From the NCBI GenBank assembly GCA_050949565.1, contig JBMNFY010000017.1, positions 1,024,001 through 1,088,000 on the forward strand: 64,000 nucleotides of DNA, written 5' to 3'. A model generated the notes under the pieces. The model was given only the letters and a program-made list of their open reading frames with translations, was not told the DNA's origin and searched no databases. Both the position numbers and the translations under genes were made by a program. Source of the stretch: Kiritimatiellia bacterium. Lineage in GTDB: Bacteria; Verrucomicrobiota; Kiritimatiellia; RFP12; UBA1067. The stretch's first letter is position 1. Every line of letters starts with the position of its first letter. Positions 58,934 to 64,000 of the stretch are shown here, piece after piece.

Positions 58934-60336
58934 AACAGAGCAGACGAGATTTTCTAGCCGGGACGGCCTGGATGGGTATGGCGGCACTTTCGGCGGGGTG
59001 CATTAGCAAGGGATCGGGGCTTGCCGGCCTCGGTCGCGGCGCGGGTGCACCGATGCACGGATTTCGCGTGGCACCGATGAAAAAAGTGCGTGTGGGCATG
59101 ATTGGCGTAGGCTCGCGCGGCACGGGTGCCGTACGCCGTATCGCGCAGATTCCGGGTTGCGAGATCACAGCCTTGAGCGACATCAATCCGAAACGCCTTG
59201 ATGAAAATCAGGCGTGGCTGAAAGAGCGCGGATACAAGGCACCGAAAGAGTGGAGTCGCAACGGGGACGAGGAGGCGTGGAAGGGGCTTTGCGATTCAGA
59301 CGTCTGCGATGTCGTCTATTCCGCGACGCCGCGCCCGTTGCACGCGCCGATTAACGTTTATGCGATGGATCATGGCAAACACGTTCTCCAAGAGGTGCCC
59401 GGCGCGTTCAGCCTTGAAGAGTGCTGGGCGACGGTCGAGGCCGCAGAGCGCAACCGTCGCCACTGCATGATGCTGGAGAACTGCACCTACGGCGAAGAAG
59501 AGATGCTCGCATTCAACCTGATCCATAAGGGCAAGCTCGGCGAAGTCGTTCAAGCGGAGGTCGGGTATCAGCACGATCAGCGCTCGCTCCAGTACAATCC
59601 GCGCGACGGCCGTTTCTGGCGCATCGATCGCCACTTGCATCATCACGGCAACTACTATCCGACGCACGGACTGGTGCCTGCCGGGCGTTGCTTGGACATC
59701 AACCGTGGCGACCGCTTCGAATACCTTGTCTCGATGGAGACGAAGTCGGCCTCCTTCGAGCAGTTCGGTCGCGACAACTTCCCGGCCACCGACTGGCGGC
59801 ACAGCGCAAAGATGGTCAGGGGCGACATCAACATGTCGATGATCCGCACCGCGAAGGGCAAGGTCGTCACGCTTGCCCACAACGTCTGCACGCCGCGCCC
59901 GTATGATCGCGGCAACCTCTATATGGGCACGAACGGGATTTTCCGCAGCTATCCGTCACTGCTCATGTCGTGGGAAGAAAAGACCGGCGACAACGGCGCG
60001 CATCAGTATTTCCCGGCTGACAAGGCGCTCAAGATCAAAGAGGAGTACCGGCATCCCTTCTGGAAGGTCGCGGGCGACATCGCTAAAAAAGTGGGTGGCC
60101 ACGGCGGCATGGATTTCATCATGGACCTACGCTGGGCCTACTGTCTGCAGAACGGCTTGCCGCTGGACACCGATGTCTACGACCTCGCGACCTACTCCTC
60201 CATCGTTGAACTTACCGAGAAGAGCGTCAACGCCCGTTCGGCGGCGATCGACTTCCCGGATTACACGAAAGGCGGATGGAAGACCGCGCAGCCGTTCACC
60301 GTTGACGAGATCGACATCAGCAAGTTCGGGTGGTGA
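58930..60336 (+). CDS. Tat-exported Gfo/Idh/MocA oxidoreductase, GH109 (NAD-dependent glycosidase)-like
   Basis: SRRDFL; MMLENCTY, YPTHG, GGHGGMD and DVYD motifs. Confidence 0.88.
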   Translation: MKQSRRDFLAGTAWMGMAALSAGCISKGSGLAGLGRGAGAPMHGFRVAPMKKVRVGMIGVGSRGTGAVRRIAQIPGCEITALSDINPKRLDENQAWLKERGYKAPKEWSRNGDEEAWKGLCDSDVCDVVYSATPRPLHAPINVYAMDHGKHVLQEVPGAFSLEECWATVEAAERNRRHCMMLENCTYGEEEMLAFNLIHKGKLGEVVQAEVGYQHDQRSLQYNPRDGRFWRIDRHLHHHGNYYPTHGLVPAGRCLDINRGDRFEYLVSMETKSASFEQFGRDNFPATDWRHSAKMVRGDINMSMIRTAKGKVVTLAHNVCTPRPYDRGNLYMGTNGIFRSYPSLLMSWEEKTGDNGAHQYFPADKALKIKEEYRHPFWKVAGDIAKKVGGHGGMDFIMDLRWAYCLQNGLPLDTDVYDLATYSSIVELTEKSVNARSAAIDFPDYTKGGWKTAQPFTVDEIDISKFGW

Positions 60337-60387
60337 GCGGTCGGTGACCGAGGAGTTAGGAGGGAAGTCTGGAAGGAGAAAAAGCAG

Positions 60388-61335
60388 TCACGATGTTTCA
60401 TGCACTTTTCTCCGCCGCAAGACGAGCCACGCCGCTACCACTGCGACAATCCCCGCGACGATGGCGATAGCGACCTTCACGGGGCTTCTAGCGGGCGCAT
60501 CACCCGGCAACGGCGGCAGGTCGGGGAAACTGTCTCGGAGGTCGGTGAGGTCGGACGGCGGCAGTTTTTCGAGCTCCGCTTTGATCGGAGCGAAGTGTCC
60601 ATCCATCTGGCCGGTCATGTCATGCATGTTTTGCTTTCCCGCCAAATAAAGCCGCTGGCGGCTGTTCGTATATGCGGGCAGACTCCGTTGCAAGAACTCG
60701 TCGGCCTGCACCATTGCAGAAGCGTTTGTCGTGGATAAAGCTCTAGCGAGAAAATAACCATTTAGCTCTTTTTTCTGCTCCTCTGAAAGCTCCCTTTCCG
60801 ACATGTGCATCAAAAACCACTCCAGCATTAGGCTCTGCATGGGCAACCCTTCCTCTCCTCCCATATCATCAGGTTGCAACGCTACCATCCGCTTCAAGAA
60901 CGGGAAGGAATCGAACCCGCAACTAACGATGTGAACGCGAACGGCATCCAGACGATTGTGTTCAGTGTGAGCGGTCAGAGCCATGCGCTCGATGAACGGC
61001 AGCCAGCGCTTGTCCTGCGTGCGGCCAAGCAGAACAAGCATTTGGTTGCACACCCCATCCCAGTTCCCCCTCGGCGCATCCTGCTTGTCGGGGTCCTGAT
61101 TATCGTTTGCCGTTATAGCCATCCATTCCACTTCCGGCAAAATGTCTTCGAGCGTCAGATTCTCGCGCTTCAGAAAACCCATCAGATCCGCATAGCGAGA
61201 ATCTACTGTCCGATATGATTCTCCGCCCCATTGCCGTAATTTTTTCCGAACACGCATGACCTGATTGCTGTCCATTTCCGCAAAGCACACGCCCGCAAGA
61301 GGCAGAACTACCAACAGAATAATCCAACGTTTCAT
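60388..61335 (-). CDS. Exported helical protein with a C-terminal membrane anchor; putative partner/immunity protein of the upstream gene
   Basis: Signal peptide MKRWIILLVVLPLAGVCFA; PPLPG linker, TM helix and RRRK; lower GC than the flanks. Confidence 0.6.
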   Translation of the reverse strand: MKRWIILLVVLPLAGVCFAEMDSNQVMRVRKKLRQWGGESYRTVDSRYADLMGFLKRENLTLEDILPEVEWMAITANDNQDPDKQDAPRGNWDGVCNQMLVLLGRTQDKRWLPFIERMALTAHTEHNRLDAVRVHIVSCGFDSFPFLKRMVALQPDDMGGEEGLPMQSLMLEWFLMHMSERELSEEQKKELNGYFLARALSTTNASAMVQADEFLQRSLPAYTNSRQRLYLAGKQNMHDMTGQMDGHFAPIKAELEKLPPSDLTDLRDSFPDLPPLPGDAPARSPVKVAIAIVAGIVAVVAAWLVLRRRKVHETS

Positions 61336-61354
61336 CAGCGCTCTCCTTTCACCA

Positions 61355-64000
61355 TCAATGCACGGGTTCCCCCGCCTCCATGCTATTCCGGCCCACGGAC
61401 ACGGGGCCGAGCACAAGATTTGTTTGCGCGGGCGATCCAAGCCCTACGCCGTACACGCTACCACGGGGAATGTTGATCGCCACCGTTGTTTCCGGCTCGC
61501 CACCTCCGTACATCAGCAACCGCTCGCTATTGAAGTCGGCTTGCTGGAGTCCCGGCGGATAGTAGCCGCCACCCCAGTCGGCACTACTCAGGCGATCTGA
61601 TCCGACTTCTCCTGAAACGCTGAGACCGTCGTCGCTGTTGTAAATGTCCACAAGGCCGCACTCGTGCATCAGCTCGTGCGCCAGTGTGTGTCCCGTGGCT
61701 AGGCGGCCAAGAACCAGCCCCAGGCCTCTTGCGTTAAATCCGAGCGTGTCGTGTCCTCCGCCATATTCAATTATATCTTCCACGAAGTAAAGTTCGACCC
61801 CGCCGGTATTGTTCGTGCAATCCAACAGTTGCCAGACTGTTGAACCATTGGTCACGACATTGTCCGGCGGCAGATTCAGCTTGTACCAGTCGTTGCGATT
61901 CGTGTAGTTGATTGTCCCGTTCCACGCGAGCGTTATTGCGACTTGCCACAGAATCTTATTGGCGTCCGCAATCATTCCAGCGATGCGGGAGGGAGTGGCG
62001 GGAGTGTACCCAGCGGAGTGCCTCGCGACCCACACAGCTACAGGCACGGTCTTGGGTTGCAAGACTTCCCCCACGAAGAAGGGCCGGACGTGGGGCGGGG
62101 TGATGACGAGGCCTTTGATATCCACCTCCAGCCGGAAGGCGCCGGTCGATGTCGCAGTCACGGCGATTTCGGGGCCGGTGTTGCCGCCGGCGAAGGCGAC
62201 GCGCCCCGCGCCCTCCTTGATCGTCCAGGTGATGTCGGCGTCGGGCACGGCGCCGCCGGGCACCTCGACCTTGAAGCGGGCGGTGCCGCCCAGCGGCATG
62301 CCGCTGGTGTTGTACACGTGCCCGTCGGCGTCGGTCGCGGTGATGACCGGCGCGGCGATGGTTTGCATCGCCTCGAACGCGAGGTTGGTCGAGACGCTGC
62401 CGGGGAGGGCGCCGGGCAGTCCGTAGGCGACCGTGAAGAGGCGCTGCCCCGTCAGGGCGGCGGCGTAGCGCACCTCGGCGGTGCGGTTGGTCCCGGCGGT
62501 GTATTTGGCCAGCCACTCGGACGCCGCGTAGGAGTCCTGCAGCGGCTCGTACTGCCCGGTCTGGCGGTTTCTGACTCTGGCCGAGGCGGCGTCCGTGTGG
62601 CCGCTGAACGTGAGCGTGCCGCCGCCGTCGGCGGGGACGCGGGTCGTGACGGACAGGATGTTGGTGTGGCCGGCCTGCACGCGGGGCGGGGCGTCCGCCG
62701 GGGCGTTGGAGAGGCACACGCCCAGCCCGGCGACCGTGTAGCGGCCGCGGCTGAAGAAGCGCCCCGCCTGCCAGGTGAAGACGTCCGCCCCGGCCGAGGC
62801 GCTGGGGGCCGTGCCGGTGACGGTGAAGGCGCCCGAGGTTTCGGCGAAGCCCCCCGGCGCGGCGGAGAGGTTCGGGGTGCAGCGGAAGATCACGGCGGGC
62901 ACGGGGGGGGAGCTGCCGCCGGCGACGGTCTGCGTGCAGCCGCAGAGCATGCAGGCGCCGTCCAGCGGCGAGAGGCCCCTTCCCGGCGCGGGCGCGGCCG
63001 CGACCGTGTCGGGCGCGCCGCCCGCCAGCAGGAGCCGGCGGGGGCGGTCGACCGTGCCGGCGGCCTGTCCCGCGCTGTTGGTCGGGGTGCCCGTGTGGTA
63101 GGGGTCGAGGCACGTCGGGCACTCGCAGACGCCCGGCGATGCGCAGCGGCACAGGCAGTTGTTCGGCTCCGGGCAGCACGGGCACTTGCCGGGAGGGGGA
63201 TCGTTGAAGGGATCGCCTTCTTCCCCGCCCGCGAACACGCAGAGGTGGGCGGGCACCGTGTCGGTGTTCCCGCCGAACGCTTTCGCGGTGTTGTTTGTCA
63301 GGACGACCCCCAGCTTGACGGGGACCTGCACCGTGTGCATGCCGGGCGTCTCCGCCAGATGGGGGAACTTGCCCCTGAGGTACGTCTCGCTCACGCTGAA
63401 CGCCGGGGAGAGGCCGGGGGCGGTGCCGAAGCCGAAGGCCGCGACGCTCTTCGGCCGGGCGCCGACGATCCCCACGTTCACCGTGTCCCGCCCGGTATGC
63501 GGGCAGAGCGGCACGGGAGAGAACGCGTAATTGAAGTTGTGCATGGTGCCGTGCTTGGCGTTGCCCGGCGGAGGGGAGGCGGGCGCGGGCGCCGGGGGCG
63601 CGGCCGCGGGCGCGGGGGCGCCCGCCGGGGCGGGCACCCGGAAGACGTTGTCCGCGTCTTCGGCGACGGTGAGGGAGGAGGCCGCGGCCACCGTGACCGC
63701 GGCGTCGGCGGCGGAGGTCCCGGGGCCGGGGACCAGCGCGAACGGGACGTCCACACCCCGGGGGATGGCGACGCGCGAGAGCTGCGCCGTGCCCGGCGCG
63801 ACGGGCACGATGACCTCGCCGATGCGCAGCGCCGCCACGCCTGCGGAGGCCTCCAGCCGGGTCTCCAGCGTCAGCAGGGCCAGCCCCGCGCCGCCCTCCA
63901 TCCACGGGGGCGGCGCGGAGGCGAGCTGGACCGCGCCGACGACCCGCCAGAAGTCGTTGGTGCCGTCCCCCAGGCTGTCGGGGGTGAGCGGGTCGGTGCC
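61355..64000 (-). CDS. Second polymorphic-toxin-like protein with a C-terminal zinc metallopeptidase (metzincin-like) tip; 5' end outside the window
   Basis: Frame open to the window edge (GTDPLTPDSLGDGTNDF...); CPCC/CxC clusters; HTLAHELMHECGLVD and LLMY Met-turn. Confidence 0.72.
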   Translation of the reverse strand, partial: GTDPLTPDSLGDGTNDFWRVVGAVQLASAPPPWMEGGAGLALLTLETRLEASAGVAALRIGEVIVPVAPGTAQLSRVAIPRGVDVPFALVPGPGTSAADAAVTVAAASSLTVAEDADNVFRVPAPAGAPAPAAAPPAPAPASPPPGNAKHGTMHNFNYAFSPVPLCPHTGRDTVNVGIVGARPKSVAAFGFGTAPGLSPAFSVSETYLRGKFPHLAETPGMHTVQVPVKLGVVLTNNTAKAFGGNTDTVPAHLCVFAGGEEGDPFNDPPPGKCPCCPEPNNCLCRCASPGVCECPTCLDPYHTGTPTNSAGQAAGTVDRPRRLLLAGGAPDTVAAAPAPGRGLSPLDGACMLCGCTQTVAGGSSPPVPAVIFRCTPNLSAAPGGFAETSGAFTVTGTAPSASAGADVFTWQAGRFFSRGRYTVAGLGVCLSNAPADAPPRVQAGHTNILSVTTRVPADGGGTLTFSGHTDAASARVRNRQTGQYEPLQDSYAASEWLAKYTAGTNRTAEVRYAAALTGQRLFTVAYGLPGALPGSVSTNLAFEAMQTIAAPVITATDADGHVYNTSGMPLGGTARFKVEVPGGAVPDADITWTIKEGAGRVAFAGGNTGPEIAVTATSTGAFRLEVDIKGLVITPPHVRPFFVGEVLQPKTVPVAVWVARHSAGYTPATPSRIAGMIADANKILWQVAITLAWNGTINYTNRNDWYKLNLPPDNVVTNGSTVWQLLDCTNNTGGVELYFVEDIIEYGGGHDTLGFNARGLGLVLGRLATGHTLAHELMHECGLVDIYNSDDGLSVSGEVGSDRLSSADWGGGYYPPGLQQADFNSERLLMYGGGEPETTVAINIPRGSVYGVGLGSPAQTNLVLGPVSVGRNSMEAGEPVH

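Noticed and set aside
61956-63905. 649-aa Arg/Gly-rich alternative-frame ORF, and similar long antisense ORFs at 4060-6042, 2225-3736 and 23990-25684
   Set aside because: Expected stop-poor shadow frames in high-GC coding DNA.

Overview
GC-rich bacterial chromosomal window, probably from a Kiritimatiellota/PVC-type polysaccharide degrader (inferred from gene content and Thr-Asn-rich exported proteins). Most of it is carbohydrate-active and housekeeping genes: GH16, a beta-helix protein, GH78, DUF4838, DUF4091, GH109, gnd, rnd, coaB, pcnB, etfBA plus ETF-QO, and a glycyl-radical enzyme operon. Four things stand out. (1) A polymorphic-toxin-like island at about 32.7-41.2 kb holds one 706-aa exported protein whose C-terminal domain resembles a Cys-free AMOP domain, two orphan copies and one stub of that domain, and six exported partner paralogs whose N- and C-halves are combinatorially shuffled around a conserved core. 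(2) A second protein with the same N-terminal trunk but a metzincin-type tip and an unrelated partner lies at 60.4-64 kb. (3) A 729-bp unit carrying tRNA-Ser(UGA) and two divergent sigma70 promoters is tandemly repeated exactly four times. (4) Intergenic REP/MITE-like palindromes and 7-9-mer repeats recur throughout, one of them inside a helicase gene. At least five single-base frameshifts, mostly in homopolymers, suggest residual long-read errors, so frameshift-based claims need read-level checks.
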